A DNA stretch of 26,975 nt. It comes from Catajapyx aquilonaris (lineage: Eukaryota). The DNA lies in NCBI GenBank assembly GCA_000934665.2, contig KZ538270.1:62001-88975 (forward strand). Direction: 5' to 3'. Below are positions 1 to 15,258 of this stretch, piece by piece (the stretch's first letter is position 1; each line of letters opens with the position of its first letter). Position numbers and translations under genes: made by a program. Below the pieces are notes generated by a model. The model did not search any database and was not told the origin of the DNA. It saw only the letters and a program-made list of their open reading frames with translations.

Positions 1-2993
1 GCAATATCCGATCGTGCCATTTGCACTCTCAGATGGCACACCTTCCGTTTTCTCACGACCCCGCCAGCGGACGACCTCGTCGCAAGGTACTCGGGGTTAT
101 CGGAGGACAACTGACCCCGCTTGTACTTTTACTGCCGGGGACAAAGTCTGTCCAGCAGCAGTTTATAGCAGCAGAAGGAAATATTAAATGGCGCCATGCA
201 TCATCCGCGTGTACTTGAAGAAGGTCAGGGCTTCCAGATGACACTGGCTCGGTTATCAGCAAGAGTTATTTTCATTGTTATAACACGCGTAGAATTGTTT
301 TAATGGACATTGCCTGATGGTGGCGTGCTGTCCCTGATATTTATTCACGGCAAGGTCAGGCTGATAATGTCCAAGACGTTTATCGCAAATCTCTGTCGAG
401 TCTGCTGGAATCCCAGTGAAAATGTCCCCATTCTTACAGCGTACAGGTTATGGCACTCGTTTCATTCGTTGGAGGAAGTGGACGGAAGCTACAGGAGAAA
501 GCGCAGCACCCTGCTGATCACTTCCTGAACAAGGACAACAATGAGGCGTGTGTTCCCTTCCTTCAATAACCCTCCTTTCCTTCCCTGTCCAAGCACTTGT
601 TATTTGCCCAGCATGGCTGCTGGAAACCCCCGCAAGAAAAGAGCAAACACGGGTCTTTTCACCATTCCATCACCGCCATTGGCAGTTCAGCAACCACTTT
701 TGGTGCAGGCGGAAGCGGCGTCTCCTCCAAGGGGGGGCTGCCCTCTGTCCTTTGTTCCTCTTTTTTTTCCAGTGAATGGAGGATCCTTCAAAAACCAGCA
801 ACCCCTGCGCACCGAGCAAAAGATGTTCCCAAGACGGATGATTTTGCTCCTTGGCCGATGCTGCACCATCATGAATATAAGGAAAGAGTGTGTGGCTGGT
901 ATAAGGACCACCTCAACGCCCTTTAGTAGTTTTCGGCCTCCCCCCGGTATATTTATTGCCTCCGTCGCCAGCAGGCCTGAAGCAGGCGACCTCGGGGCCA
1001 ATAAATCTGAACAGGATTATACTCGACAACCCAACACCACTCACACTGGGAGCTGCTGGTGCTTTGCTGACTTGGCTGCTGTTTTTCCTAACTATTAACA
1101 CACAACACACACACACCCATTTCCAACCGGCTTCATCAACGGCAGCAGGTCAGTAGCAACACGCCCTGATTGATTGACTGCTGCTGCGGCTCATGTTATG
1201 CAATCGTTCGGTTTGTGCCGAGTCTAATTTTGATATTAAAATCCGCGCTTATGGTTTACACCAATTATTTTCAAACAAGCCAAACCATTCATTTACACTG
1301 GACTAACTTCAGGTCGGAAGTTGTGATCAACTATGAAACATTGACCACCAGGCCAATGCCTCCGACGAGTAAGGTGTTTTATTTTTAATTTGGCTGACTG
1401 TGGGAAAGACGCGACTCGACACGATACGTTTAAACAGTACAGTTTTGCTTCATAACCCGAGTCAGACCGGAAATATGAGCAAAGTTGGGGTCACATAATT
1501 CCCAGATAATTCCTTTCCGGACTGGAACTAGATCCAGGCAATTTAATCCAACCAAACTCGGGGGGGTTATGGTGGGGGTTTTTAATTTCTTTGCACGACG
1601 CATCTCCAATTTACACGTGCTTATCAGCTCGGGATGAGTGCATGCTTCTGGTGCAATGACCCATCATTTGAATGCATGCATGTGTGTACCGGTGTGAAGC
1701 AGGGGACAGGCCGTACAGGGTACGCTGGCGGTGGTGGTCCGATTCCGTCCTCGTCCTCTTCCTGCTCCTGTCGGGACACATCAGCGTCCATGATGAGATG
1801 GGTGGTCCTGAAGCAGCAGTACGGCGGATGGACCACCGATGCTGGAGTGATCTCTCCGCAGCTGCTGCTGTAGGGATTGCAGTACCAGCACAGCAGACCT
1901 CCGGACAGCAACCGCCAGCTTCTTTCTCTCTTCCTGCAGCTAGCCACCGACGATGCTTCTCTCACGGACATGACTGCTGCTTTGCCTCCAAACTCTGGCT
2001 GTGGTGGCCCTTCTTTGGACCCACTCACTCAAAGTGCAGCAGACCGACCCAACCGCCCCCGTCCGTCCTTCCTTCCTTCCTTCCTTCCCAAGTTCCAACA
2101 GAGCATTGTATGTTGTCATGCCTCTCTGGAGCAGCAGGGGCCAACGTGCAGGCCGTTACGGGTCAGCCCAATCAAGGGGAGACGCCTTCCTTCGTCCCCA
2201 GCAGTCCCAAAAACCATGCTGTTTTAGTTTGCTCAGTCCCTCCTGATGCTGCAGGGGGTCCAACAACCAAGGACAAACAGCCCAGTCCGTTTATCATCCT
2301 TTTCTCACGGTGCCCCCACCAGCAGTGGACCTCTGGCGATATCTCGACATCCGAAGGTCCCCGCTGTGCCGATGACACCTTTGCCGATCGGGGTCATGCC
2401 CTCGCTCTTATACCCACCATTACAACATTATTACGCGTCCTAATGGCAGTGCACGGAGCTCCGGCAGCGGCAGGGCAATAAAAGTGTCAGCAGCACATTA
2501 CATGCTGCACAGTAATAATAACACGCAGCCTGCAGCTTCCAAGCAGCGCACCATCACTTCCTAACCTCGTTATGAGCAGGACATGGCCAGCATAAAAAGC
2601 CACTGACCTTTCTCTTCTAAGCACATTGTACCATCCACAATGCGCGGCCATCATACCATGCTGGACTATAGCCCAAACATACACCATGTACGAAGTAAGC
2701 TCAATTGTAGCACTGTTACTGTGTACGCATCTAGGATTAGTGATTCCACCAGCAGGAGCTTCTTCATACATTTACACAAAAGTAATGTATATAAGAATAT
2801 TGGCTTCAAATTGGGCGAAATCGCCCTGGAGACCCCTTAGGAAAGCCCCTATCTCCTATCAGCTGATCTGTATCTGCTCATCTCGTATCTCTGTGTAGTT
2901 GGCTGCATTATATGCCCAGAAGCACACCACCCTCGATGCTGCGAAACGACGAGCAGCAAACGAGCCCCTTCGGGAGACGGTCCAGGGGCGTCC

Positions 2994-3013
2994 CTCTCTC
3001 TCTCTCTCTCTCT
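2994..3013. repeat. (CT)10 microsatellite
   Basis: Read directly from the sequence. Confidence 0.9.
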
Positions 3014-6000
3014 TCACCATCACCACCATCAAACCCTCCTGCTGTACAACCCTCCCTTCCGAGCCCCAATTACCAGGAAAAGGCCCCCTTTGGATCAGCT
3101 TTCACCAGGCCGGGGCAACACCCCCCTCCACATCCATCCACATCCACCCACCATATTATACATGCTTTATTATGGTATACACCTCATCCAGCCAAGCCAA
3201 GCTGCAGCCAAGAGACCCTATTAACTCACATGTCGTACGGTGATTAGGCTACACTACCGTATAAACCGCATCCACACACCGGATTTTTAATCCTCTCTCG
3301 GCAGCACCCTCTCTCCTCTGAGACGACCACAAGTGCATTACCCGGAAGCTGCGACAATAAACCCTGCGATGGCGACCTCCGCTGAACAAGTGTACAAACG
3401 GAACAGACGAGTATAGTTGGAAATGAATAAGCGTCAATGTGATAACATGGATCCAGCTGTCAACATCTAGTCCTCCACACGACTTGCGTCCAACGCCCTT
3501 TTCTTCCAGTTTACTAATGTCCCCCCCAGTGATGGTGACCAATCAAGATTGCAGGTGGTCCTAGCCTTCCACGAATGTATGAAAGCTGCAGAGCTTCCTT
3601 AGTCTCTCTGTGGGCCTCCCTCGAGATATTATATTATCTCCCACCCCCCTTTCCAACACCCGAGGATGCTTATTTCCATGATGATAGCATCAGAGTCAGC
3701 AGCAAGGATTTGTCACCTGGTGTTGGAATGCGGCGCCCCCCCCTCTCCAGATCCGCACCCCTTCAGGTTGAAGCAGACGGGCCTCCCGCTGAGATGTCCC
3801 CCCTCCCCCACCCCCCCCCCCCCCCCCNCCTCCAGCACCCTTCTGCTAAAAACACCCCTTCCATAACCTCTTGATGCCATCCAAAAGGCGTCGCTCGTAA
3901 ATCGCCCCAGGTTGTACATAATGTTGCAGTATACACAGTCCTGGTCGCCATTTCTCAAACTGTGACCGTCGCCAAATAATAATTGCTATGGGGGGGTTAA
4001 CCCTTCTGGTGGTTTCAACCCTTCACGCCCTTTTAATAAAAAAAAGGGTCCGACCTGGTTGTTCCGCTCTGTGGACTCTTTCACAACCTGCTTGAACCCT
4101 GACAATATCTTCATCGTCGATATAACCAACCAGCAGGACACACACAAAAAGGGAGGGTCGAGGACCGGCCTTGATTGCCTGCCTTATTCTGCAACACACA
4201 TGTAAAGTACATGGCACATCAGCCTTGGGTATGTATGTACTATACAAGACCAGTCCCCAGCATGTCCATGATGCGAACGATTGCGCAAAAAAATAAAAAT
4301 GGATGCGCCGGATGCGGTTGACGTGGGAATGCGGCGGAGGTGTCCGGTCTGACACTCTGCTGGGATGTCCACAGCAAGGGCGATGCCGAAAATTGGGGTG
4401 ACAGAAACAGCACCTGGAGAAGGACGCAGACAACTGCTCTCCTATAAATATATGCATATCATTATGCGGGTTCGTGGCAGGGAATGCGGAAAAAAACCGG
4501 AGCAAATTTTTTTGGTGGGGCTGGTTCGCCCACCTGCCCGGAAGGTTCTTCAATTATTACCATTATCAATTTTTTTATATGCCGCGCGGTCCATTTATTG
4601 GCAATCACGGATCGGAGACAAAGTGTCTACCGCGTGCCGTTTTTAATCATTTTGCACGTGCGGAAGTGCATACCACTGTACGTATACACACATACGGTGC
4701 GCTTGTTGGGGATTAGTCACCATCGGACCAAGGATGTGTCAAGGTCAGTCCCTTATCGCAAATGCACACGCCCCACGTACCTGAAACCCGAGCTCAACAC
4801 TGCTGCAGAGACTCATACTTGCCAGCCGCTGAACCTCGTATAACATTCCCGGTGTGCAGCATATTCTACTGGTCCGGAACTTGGAAAAATTCGTGTCAGA
4901 AAGGGTTGAGGCGATAAAAATGGTGCCCCTAATGAGGTCGATGTATATCCCAAAATATTTATCCTCTACACCTTGTATAAACTGGGGGTATAGTTACTCC
5001 AGGGAACGTGTCGATGTATGCGCCTGTAAAGAGTTGCTGACGTACTCATTCATTCGTCCATTCATTTATTTATTTATTTTTAAGGGGGGGTCTCCTCGAG
5101 GCTACTTCCCCGTTTTACCCGCTGACTTTTCTCCTTCTTCGAGGTTGATTTATGCCACTTCTTGCCCCTGAGACTGCTGGAATAAGAGATGCCAGCTCGC
5201 TTGCTCAAAGTATCAATTTCAACAACTGACAAGGAGGTTGCGCTTGCTTATGTTGTGCCAAGAAAAGGGGAGGACCTCTCCATCTCTTTGTAAACTGCCG
5301 GGGGGGTGTTTATACACACAGGGAGATGATGACGACACGTCAATCGGATGATGGACACTTTGGATTATTATCGACAGAGAAACAATACCTGTCTAATACT
5401 TGCTTCTTATTAATAATCAGCAAATGCACGACATGTCTGCTTTTTTTTCTGGTGAAAATAATTCCGTGTAGCTATCAACACTGTCTGATGGCGACGGTGC
5501 ATCATCGTGTTATCCGGCAGCCCCACCCGAGAGTCCTAAATGGCCTGGACGACTGCTACACACTTACGCCAGATTTCTCATCCTGAGAAAGGAGCATCAG
5601 GACGCCTTCTCCGGTTACTGGAAATGAATTATTCCGAGCGATCGAGCAGTGTCTGTACATTCCTCTCCAGGAAAAAGGGGGCCCTGGCACTTCATTCTTT
5701 CCAGTCCATTCTGCGGTCCCTCCCCAGGAAGTGGCCCAGTGGTGCCCCATTATTATCAGCAGGCAGCCTTCTTCGAGGGGGGTGCTCCACTGTTGTATAT
5801 TATGGCCAGGGGGGGATACAGGCTGATAATCCTTGCTGGGGGTCCCGTCAGCGCCTGTCTGTCAAGTGCAGGGACATCCGTGCATGGCGTCGAGGGCGTC
5901 GTCTTCTGGCCAAAAAAATGTTCCTCTTGACTCAAGGGCGACGGGTCTCTCTTCTCCATCCATCACACCAGAAGGTCCACAACTCTGCTTCTTCTCTCAC

Positions 6001-9000
6001 CCCTCCACCAACCAACAGCCTCCCCTAAACCGGATAAGCCGGAGATGGGCGAGAGAGATGGGGAGGGTGGGGGGCAAAGCAACAGGTCATCGGGGGGTCA
6101 ACCCTCATTGTCCCAAATCCTCTTTGGCCTGATCAGGGTCGATTATTGTTATGCAATGGGGTGCAACAATCCGCACTTGACAGATGCACGCTTGCTTTGC
6201 TCGGGTACTAACTCGGATTGATGGACGGGTCTTGTCCGGGGTGGTGCTGCGACATTTCCTGTCCCCCGAGGGAGGAGGGGGGCATTGTTTGTTTCAGTGA
6301 CCTCCACCTCAGTGGAAAAAAGGCTGTACATACTTTGGTCACGCCACTTTAGGTGCTTCGGGTTGCAGATTCCTTTCGGACATGCTCGATACGCACATGA
6401 TTGGGAATCCTTGCAAGTGCGGGCACACCGGAGACAAGAATATTGTGCAGAGTGGATTTTGTCAACAAATGGACACACCAAAGAGGTCCTGTCCTTGTAA
6501 AAATCGCGATGTACCCCAGCAGTCAGGAGATTAGAGATTGGCACGGCGCTGCGGCAGAGGCCACCATGGGAGTCACCTTGCCCCAGGGCGGCACATCTGT
6601 GTTTCCAAGTACGACAACCCACCGTGCATGTCTGTCGGCAGAAGTGGGGATTCGAGCCAGGAAAATTTTTTAAAAAAAGAAGGAAGGAAAAAAAGAAAGA
6701 AAGGTGGAAGGAGGGTGTCCCTGCCCCTTTTGTGCGACAATAAAGCGGTTCAACCTTTGTGACAACATGACAAGCCATGAAAGGACTCTCTTCCTTTGCC
6801 AAATCTGACAAGGGGAAACACCACAAGTGCTTGTTCAACTCGCATTTTCTACTCAATTATCGGCTCTTTCTGTATAGGTGTACACGCCCCGACGATGTGC
6901 TGCACCGCCAACAACAAGAAGGCCTTCAGGGCTTACGACCGTAATATTTATCGCCGTCTCTTTCAGCCTCCAACGCAATCAATCTGGATAACTAACTGGC
7001 AACGAGTCACTCCGGTCAGAAGCTCCTTTGAAAAGCTCGGTAATTATTGCCTAAATCATTACAAGTATTTTTTAGATAATGACCACTCAGATATGGTTAC
7101 ATATACGGGGTCCATTTGAAAACCATTTTAAAAAGCCCAACATGCCCGTCGGTTTGATGAAAAACGTGGCTCAAATGGGCTATCCCTGAAGAATTAGGTG
7201 CGAAGGTTTTACAGCCTTATCCGTTCTTACCGGTGACAAAAAGCACGTGCTGCGTTGGGCATGTTTGTCCAGCCGGCACTGGAAAAAAAGGCAAACTGCG
7301 GCAGGCCACCATTGTTGTTGTTGTCATCCAGGAAGCATGGTTGGGGGGGCAGACCCCAATAATGCATGATTGTGTGTGCTTCGGAATTTTCCGCGCAATT
7401 GCTTCTTTTTTTTCTATATTCTTCAACCCCCAGCACCGGACTTGAATTCGTCTCGTATTTCGCGCAGGATTTGGAGGATGAAGTGAGGGGGGGACTAAAT
7501 CTTGTAAGAATTTACTCTGGGGCCCCCCACCTCAAGGAGGTCTTTTTCAGCCCAGGCGGCAGCAAGGCACACACACACACGCACAAAAAGGTTCTCCCCC
7601 ATCCATGGTTCGGCTGCAAAAAGACTGCTGGCTGTGCTACTGGTCTGAAAAATCGGGGCGGGCGTGAGCACAAAAGGCGGCAGCCAGTTTGCTTAGTACA
7701 GCTCACCTGCACCCAAGGGTAGGGGGGTTGCTCCTTCATTCATGTGCCCCCCCTTTTGCCAAAAAAAAAGGAAGAAGGGGGAGAGAGAGAGGCCCCCCCC
7801 ACGCCCCCCCGTGGTGACGTCAATCAGACGAGAGGACCCCCTCCTTTTGAAGCAGGCTGCAAAGAGCAGAGACAGACCTTCCCACGGCCGGACCACACTT
7901 CAACAGAACACACATCTTCCCCATTTCCGTACACTCACGCATTTGCCAGTACCGTACGTACATGTATGACAAGTAATGAGGGTGACAATCAAACAACTTT
8001 AATGCGATGGCCCGCCGATTTACCACTTAATACTATTCTTAGGGCACAGATGGCGCATGCTTCCTCCGCACACTCCTGCCACCCTCAGGTCGATAGCGGT
8101 ACTATCAGGTCGGACAAACATCCAATTTAATGGGAGAAAGATTCCCACAGGCTAAGATCCAAACTAGCGGCTATAATCTGTGGAAAGGTGTTAAATGGTG
8201 TTAGGAATGACCTTTGGCGACCCCAGCCAGACGACTTAGTTCCGGGCTCTGGATGCTGGGCTGATAACTTGGGCCCATAACCATAACATTTATCTGTGTT
8301 GCTCCCGAGCGCGGTTTGTTGCCGATTCAGCTGCCCTTCAAGGACGCTTCTTCGATACTGTCCCGGGTATACATGAAGAGCGTTAAAGGTCCTGCACTTG
8401 TCGTGATTTAATGGTTCAAGCGCCAATAAATGGTGTGTGTATACATGAGGACCTCCCGTAGACCATGCATAATGATGTCTTGACGGCATCGACCACGGTG
8501 CGATGCAGTGATTCGTCAGCATTCTTTTCCACGAGAACTTGGAACTGAGGGATCGAGTGACACGTTACACATCATTTACCGCCAACTACCGGGGGCATTT
8601 TCCCACGACTCTCGGTACAACACTCGGGTTACCGAATGCCTCACCGTTTCCCATCGATATACTTCTTACTGATAAGGGAAATGAAGGGGGTATTGCGCCC
8701 TAAATGGTGACAAGTGCACCTTTCGGATTGCGCAAGGTTTTCTTCCCACAGGCTGCACTATTGGCACCCTGCGCAGCATGAGCACTTGGAACAGTCTCGC
8801 TTGACATGTTGCGTTGCAGGACTTGTGTTTACATTAACGGGGGTGGTGCGTAAACACTTTGGGCATGGATGCCAGGCAAAAATTCCTCCCATGGCCTTTA
8901 CCAGCAGGCCCACGATTGAAAATTGCGGGAATAAACCGCGACCCGGGCTTAATCACGCGAATCGCTTGCCTTCTGGGTGGTCTCACTCGCAAGCTGTAAA

Positions 9001-12000
9001 CACGTTCCTGCACGCAATATGCTGCTGGACAAGTGCGACTAGGTGCTGTAAGTACGTGTGGGGCACCATCAGAGTCGGGTGGGATTAGAGCACCCGACAG
9101 CAGCCTCCACCAACAATGCGTTCATCCCCCTCCAGTAGGATTTGAACCCCTCTTCTCCACACACACACACACCCCCACGGGGGCCATCATCAGCAAGCCC
9201 AGCATCATCCAAATCCTCCCCACTCGACACACTAGTAGTTGGTACACCGTGATTTGATGATGGCCGATGGATGGACGGATGGATTGAGGGGGGGTTGCTT
9301 TTGTTGCCCCCGCTTTCCAAAGAGAGATGCTGCTGCCTGATTAACCCAAGTGCGAACAAAGGGGGGTGCATCACCTACAGGGTGGCACACACCAACCGAG
9401 TCTCGCAACAATGCTACTCGCAACAATATCTGGGGGTTCCAATATAGGGATGCTCTTTCCGTTCTGGGATGAACCAGTTGGTGGTGGTACATCACCCTGT
9501 TGTTTTGGGAGGCAGGGAAAAGAGCAGCCATCAGCGCCGCAACGACGGTCGACGCCACCGACGCCGAGCAGATGCAATCAAAGCCCCCCGTAACCTTCTC
9601 CCCCTTCCCTTTCCAGCATCCAGAAGCAGCTCCCGGATTAGCCAATCAAGAGTGATAAGGATGCGTCCTGGGTGATTATCCCCCCCCTTTTTTTGCCGGA
9701 CTTAATGAGGCCGCGTTGATATATACCCAAAGGAGGTTACCCCCATTAATAATCTTCCCTCCCTCCCTCCCTCCCTCTTCCCTTCCAATCAAGTGCTTAG
9801 CGTTGCTAAAGGGCTCATTACTCACGTAATGACGACCAGAAACACTAACCGGCACCTTGTTCCAGCATCCCAGAACAACTCTCAGGACATATACCCATCA
9901 CTCTCGCCAAAAGTTACTCCTGCACCAACTCACTCTCTCCATCAGATAATTACTCTACACTGTATATACCTTGTTTTACTCTACGGCAGTGCACAGGTAA
10001 TCAACAATGACAAACGCTGAAACTGCATTACTAAACATCCCCCAGTTGTTTAGATCGATGCGTATCCATTGCTACTGCAATTATGTCGAGTTTGAGATGA
10101 TCCGTCCCTAAAATATACCGGACTGTTAGAAGGTAATTGCCTCATAACAAGCAGCTTATTGCCTAAACAAATTTCTAAATGAAATGGGCAGTGAATATGA
10201 AACCCCACTCCTTCATTACACATTGTATACAAGAGTGCATGTCGCGACAAGTGGGTGAATGTGTATGCCATGCATTACAGTCCCTGACGGTTGTTGTGAT
10301 TTGTTTTCAACCGGGGTCCAGCTGGCAAACGTTCCACCCCTCTCTATACATATATACACTGTAGCGCATTTAAGTGTACTTTCTATCTAATCAGCATTGA
10401 GAAAGCAACCTCCAGAAATGTGGGAGAGGCCACATGATTGCAACACACTGGCAGTTGGGACAACCCGGGCCTATTTATACTTACGTAAAATGAAGCATTT
10501 AGTCCTGTTAATTTGGACCCAAAATAACGCTAGGCGGCAGGCCTTACGCGTAATGGACAGCAGTGGACCGTTTCTAAATTTCGACTAACTCTGAAAGTAA
10601 CTTCATAGCCCCTGGTATATGCAGAGCACACACAATAATCCCCCACAGAGTGGCCTCATGTGCGATTGATAATTACGCAGACAGACTGGGGGGTTATGAG
10701 TGTGTGTGTGTAACCCAAATCCGCAGCAGACAGCAGGCTATACTCTATATAATATAAAGCGGCAGCGTGTATCACAAAAATGGAGGCAGCCCACCGTGAT
10801 GATGATGATGGTGGTGGCTGTTGGAGGAGAATCCCGGCCCACGACGCCAAACCATGGCCGGCAGCTGATGACGATGATGACGCCAGTGATGCTGGCTGCT
10901 GCCCAACACCCCTCCCGATATGTAACCACCACCACCACCAGAAGCCATCGTGATATCATTGTGCGAGGCTGCAACATATAGCCTATATACATATAGGACA
11001 TCCCAGGCCAGATGATGATGATCTCTCACTTCACCCGAGGTCCCATATAAACCCGCCATCTTTCTCCCCTCAAGTATACCCTGCACGCTCATAATACAGG
11101 ACAGCACAAACTGTCATTGACATTGACGTCATCTCATTCGGCGACGTTCCCACTACATTTATATGGATACTCGGATTAGGGGCGGCATTTAAATAGTTTT
11201 AGGATTGCTTCTCGTCCTTATATGGTTTTCCTCGGCACCCACAAATCTCGCATTATTTTGTTATACGCTGATGTCCTCATGCGACTCATCCATGTGTTTA
11301 CGTTTTCATGTAAGTTATAACATATTTCGATGTCCCATCAGGCCAAACATCCTACATTCTTTGGCGCAATGGTTATAACAGTGACTATGCAACTGTTATA
11401 ACAATTGCACCAAACGAGTAGCACGAGAAGTCAACTGAGAAACAATTTTACCTATTATGAAATAGCGGCACCGGCGAAGAAAAGTGGTGAAATTGTGGCT
11501 TGCGTCTGTGTCACCGCCACCATTATTATGAATCATGGATTCGTGCTCCTTTAAATATCTCTCTTTCCCTATATGTATAGTGGATATTTGAGGCAATATT
11601 CCAGCACCTGCTGACTGGAGAGTAACTCATAAATTATTAGGTGGCAGTAAATCCCGATCAAACAATACTTTGGAAGAAAAAAGGAAACTCCGCGTTTCAA
11701 TTCTGTTGAATAGGCCTAATTATTATATGTGGTCAAAAGATGTAGGCCTATAAACGGCGCCAAAAGCCTATATATCTGGCGTGCTACAATGTGCTCATTT
11801 TGCAATGTCAGCACAAGTAATATGACGCTCACTCATCCTTTATTTTGAAAAGTCACTTTAACCGAATGTTTGGCAGGAATTACATACATTTTATGTCACT
11901 ACTTTCCGATTCGCTGGAATGGAAAAATGATATTTTGGTTCGTTCAACTAAAATCTTCTTTAGTGTCTCATATAGGCAGTAATTGCTTCATCAAAAAACC

Positions 12001-14453
12001 AACCTGATCATCATCAGAAAGGGTCCTTCAGATCTTGGCATAATATACTGTGCTTTATCATTCAATAACGTCAAACTTGTATTTTAAAATTTATGCTATT
12101 GGCACAATATTGATAGAAACAGCAGCTAATTTCTGCCCTTATAGTATTTTACTGTGAATTACGGAAAATATATAGAAAAATGAAAATGCTGAATTTTCCA
12201 ACTGTTATGCTCACATGCAGGCCTACAATTTCGGACACGACAAAAGGCAATGCCATCGAGATGCGCAAAAGAGATAAGTCATACATTAAAACATCATTAG
12301 TATACGGTAAGAATTTAATGACCTACCCGAACTTCCTTCCATTGCATTCAATCAGTTGCGCAATATTAATGCACACTTCGGTCGCAAAGTGGTCGTCACG
12401 AGATAACCCAACACAAGTATAACTTCAACTGGTCTGATCATAAAACAAGTTGCACTAATAATAATGCACAATGTGTAATCGTATACAATACGAGTGTCAA
12501 AAATGATCCCGAAATTTCAACGCTGACATGCGCAGAGAAGTTAATGCAATATATTTCTAAAGGTAAATACTATATGTGTGACACGAATGACTTGCCGGGA
12601 GGTCATCACTTTCCTATATAAGGTACTATATAAGGTACAGTACAATCAGTCCTTCAGCTGATAACAATATCGAAAACGCAAACTGTACAGAAGTTGCTGG
12701 CTACTATATAAGGTCTATGGCACATATAATGTTTTAATTCTATAGAAAATTCAGCATGCGCTGGATGGAGCTCTGTAACTGACATGATAGATAATAATGC
12801 ACTCGCAACTTAAAGTGCAGTATGCAGGTCACTTGTCCCTCCGAGCTATTTTGCATCAAGCCTCAAAACGGGTTTTGTCACCCAATACCCGCGATGATGG
12901 CCCCCGATTTCCGATACCTACGCAGCAGCCAGCCATATATAAACGCAGCATATATATTCCCGATAACAAATTAATATTCCCATATTTTTAAAGAGCAGCA
13001 GCGGCCAGGCCTTCTCGTGTTGCCAATTTCTTTTTTTTCAGCGGCGCTCATCCGGCTAATTACTATGGCAACAATCGCGGAATAATCGAGTGATTCCGGC
13101 TGTGGTTTGTGCACAGGTGATAATAATGATGGGATTGGCAGCTATTATAGGGATTCGCATGTCATCATCATCAGTCGCCATCGCCTCGGTTAATTGGTGC
13201 CGAGCGAACACAAGTTAGGCTCATCATGACGTCACACTCTATTGTCGTTGTGTCGAGCTAATTTGGCATTTGGATTATCAGGAAAAAAAATTTATTAAAA
13301 AAAATCACTGTACGGTATATTACCCGGCTGGTGATCGGCAAATCGGTGGGTAAAACATGGCCGGACTGATAATTACTTTAAAATGCAAATGCCCATGTAT
13401 ACAGTATGAGCAAAGTATGAGTGCAATATCAGGTCGGCTTGATGCCCTGATCCACAAATCAAAGCACATCTGCCGACAGTTTGTATACACATAACTCTTG
13501 GCCAAAGTATACCAAGTATAAGCTGCTGTGTATATATATACCCTTGCACCCGCCATAAAACAAAATGCCGAGATATTAAAACACCCAAACAGTACAGGCG
13601 TGTACTTCCTATATTATTACCACTGTTTTGCAGTGGTAACCTGATAGTTGACAACAGTCACGACCCGGCTGGCTGCCCTCGATCAGGTCAGAGGTTGGCA
13701 AACTAATTTGCGCAATTCCTCGTGTGCATTTTGCTTTGTTGATAATGAAATTTAACCAGCTCGCACACTGTATCAGTCGGGCGAATCATGCAATACGATA
13801 GACAATTATATTTTTCCCAATATATGATGAACCAAATTATTCTGCATCGAAAATTAATTGGCTTAATACGACGAAACATATCCTGCTCAAAACCGGCTAT
13901 GATCTGACCTAACGTACGAGTGAAACGTCACACTTTATTCGTATATTCGTCATAATATGCATGTAATCTCCTGCAATATAGTGTTTATGATTTTATGGGC
14001 ACGCCCAGTTTTTGCCATTCCCGTTCTTCTGGCAATAATTGGAACAACAGGTGCAACTTGCAAACATTTTGTCGGAATCTTTGAAATAAATACCGGTACT
14101 ACAAGAAATATCATGACCTGTCATGTAGGCCATGTTGCACACGCAATATTGGTGGCTGCTAAACAGGTTGATGGGGGCGAATTTCACGCCTGGAAAGTGT
14201 CACTCTTGATGGCCCTGTCGTGTTAATCGCGTCACTGCGTCATTTACCGAGACATGCCCCACAGTACCATTGCGAAATGGCAAACTATAATATGAATGAT
14301 TGCTGATTTATGGTGGTCCTAACCCGGTTTGACTCTGTCCGAAAAGTGGCCTGTATTTGTCGTCGAGTCGTGGCCGCATAAATGTACGGGACAATGGCCA
14401 GTGCGTTTGGCCAACCCTTGTGAATGGTGGATTGTTGCCTGGTATATACTGAC

Positions 14454-14504
14454 CTGGTAGTAGGGCAGCGGTGGGCAGTTGTAGTAGGAGACATTGTAGA
14501 GCAT
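14454..14504 (-). CDS. Candidate first coding exon of an unidentified gene (MLYNVSYYNCPPLPYYQ)
   Basis: ATG followed by 16 further codons, mostly ending in C or G as in the VPS35 and calpain exons, then a strong phase-0 donor CAG|GTCAGT. Preceded by a low-complexity leader typical of a 5' UTR. No downstream exon identified. Confidence 0.45.
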
Positions 14505-15258
14505 CTCAACCGCTGTCCTCCTCCGTGGACCCTTCTCACCAGTCCGGCACCAGAAGGAGAATCACCAAACACGATGCACACCAATAACACTGTACACACT
14601 TTGTTGTTGTTGCTGTGCTAGTCCCCCACTCCCTCCCTCCCTCCTCCCAACACCAGAAGCACTGGAGGCGAGGGAGTCACCAGTGACGATGCTTCTTCTC
14701 CAGCATCAGCTCAGCCGGCGACAACAATTATTCTGGTTGGAGTGAGACGACCACGGGCTGGACCACTGCCTCTGGGAGGATGGAATCTGCAAGGGCTGCT
14801 CTCCTCCAGAATATGGCAACCGCCTGGCCACACCAGCACCACTCTGCTCTTTAGTTCCTTCCTTCCTTTCCACTCTCCATCCATCCATCCCACCCGCACT
14901 CATCGCGACCATTCCCTGCTGGGATCAGGAGGGCGCATGCGTCTCCATCCTCCTCACTCGCACACACACGGACCAACCAGGGCAGGGTCTATCATCAGGA
15001 GGGGCGGACCCCCACCCCCCTCTCTCTCTCTCATCCTGCAACAAAGCATGGGACACGCCCCATCCACCCTCCATCATCATCATCCAGCATCATCATCATG
15101 GACCATCATCCATCCCATCACAACACTCGAGAAGAATCAGCCACACATGCTGACTGCCTGTGCTGCCACATTTCAAATTGTGTTTATTTATTTACAACAT
15201 TACATCCATACGAGCAAGTAAATTGAAGATTTAATTTAAGCGTAAGAAACACTTCAGG

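Noticed and set aside
1672..2481. 269-aa plus-strand ORF
   Set aside because: GC-rich low-complexity sequence with CCTT repeats and no domain signature.
3997..4909. Possible piggyBac-type element (TTAA-CCCTT ... AAGGG-TTGA)
   Set aside because: Inverted match is only ~5-8 bp and the right TSD is imperfect; compatible with chance.
6149..6856. 235-aa ORF on the minus strand
   Set aside because: No recognisable domain, crosses a low-complexity A-rich tract, non-ATG start.
10772..11107. Gly/His-rich ORF
   Set aside because: Composition is explained by ACC/GAT trinucleotide runs; no homology or splice support visible, though a UTR or small ORF cannot be excluded.
13993..14187. Cys-rich 64-aa ORF resembling a defensin or toxin
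   Set aside because: Non-ATG start, no signal peptide, AT-rich codon usage unlike the real genes, and no recognisable Cys spacing.
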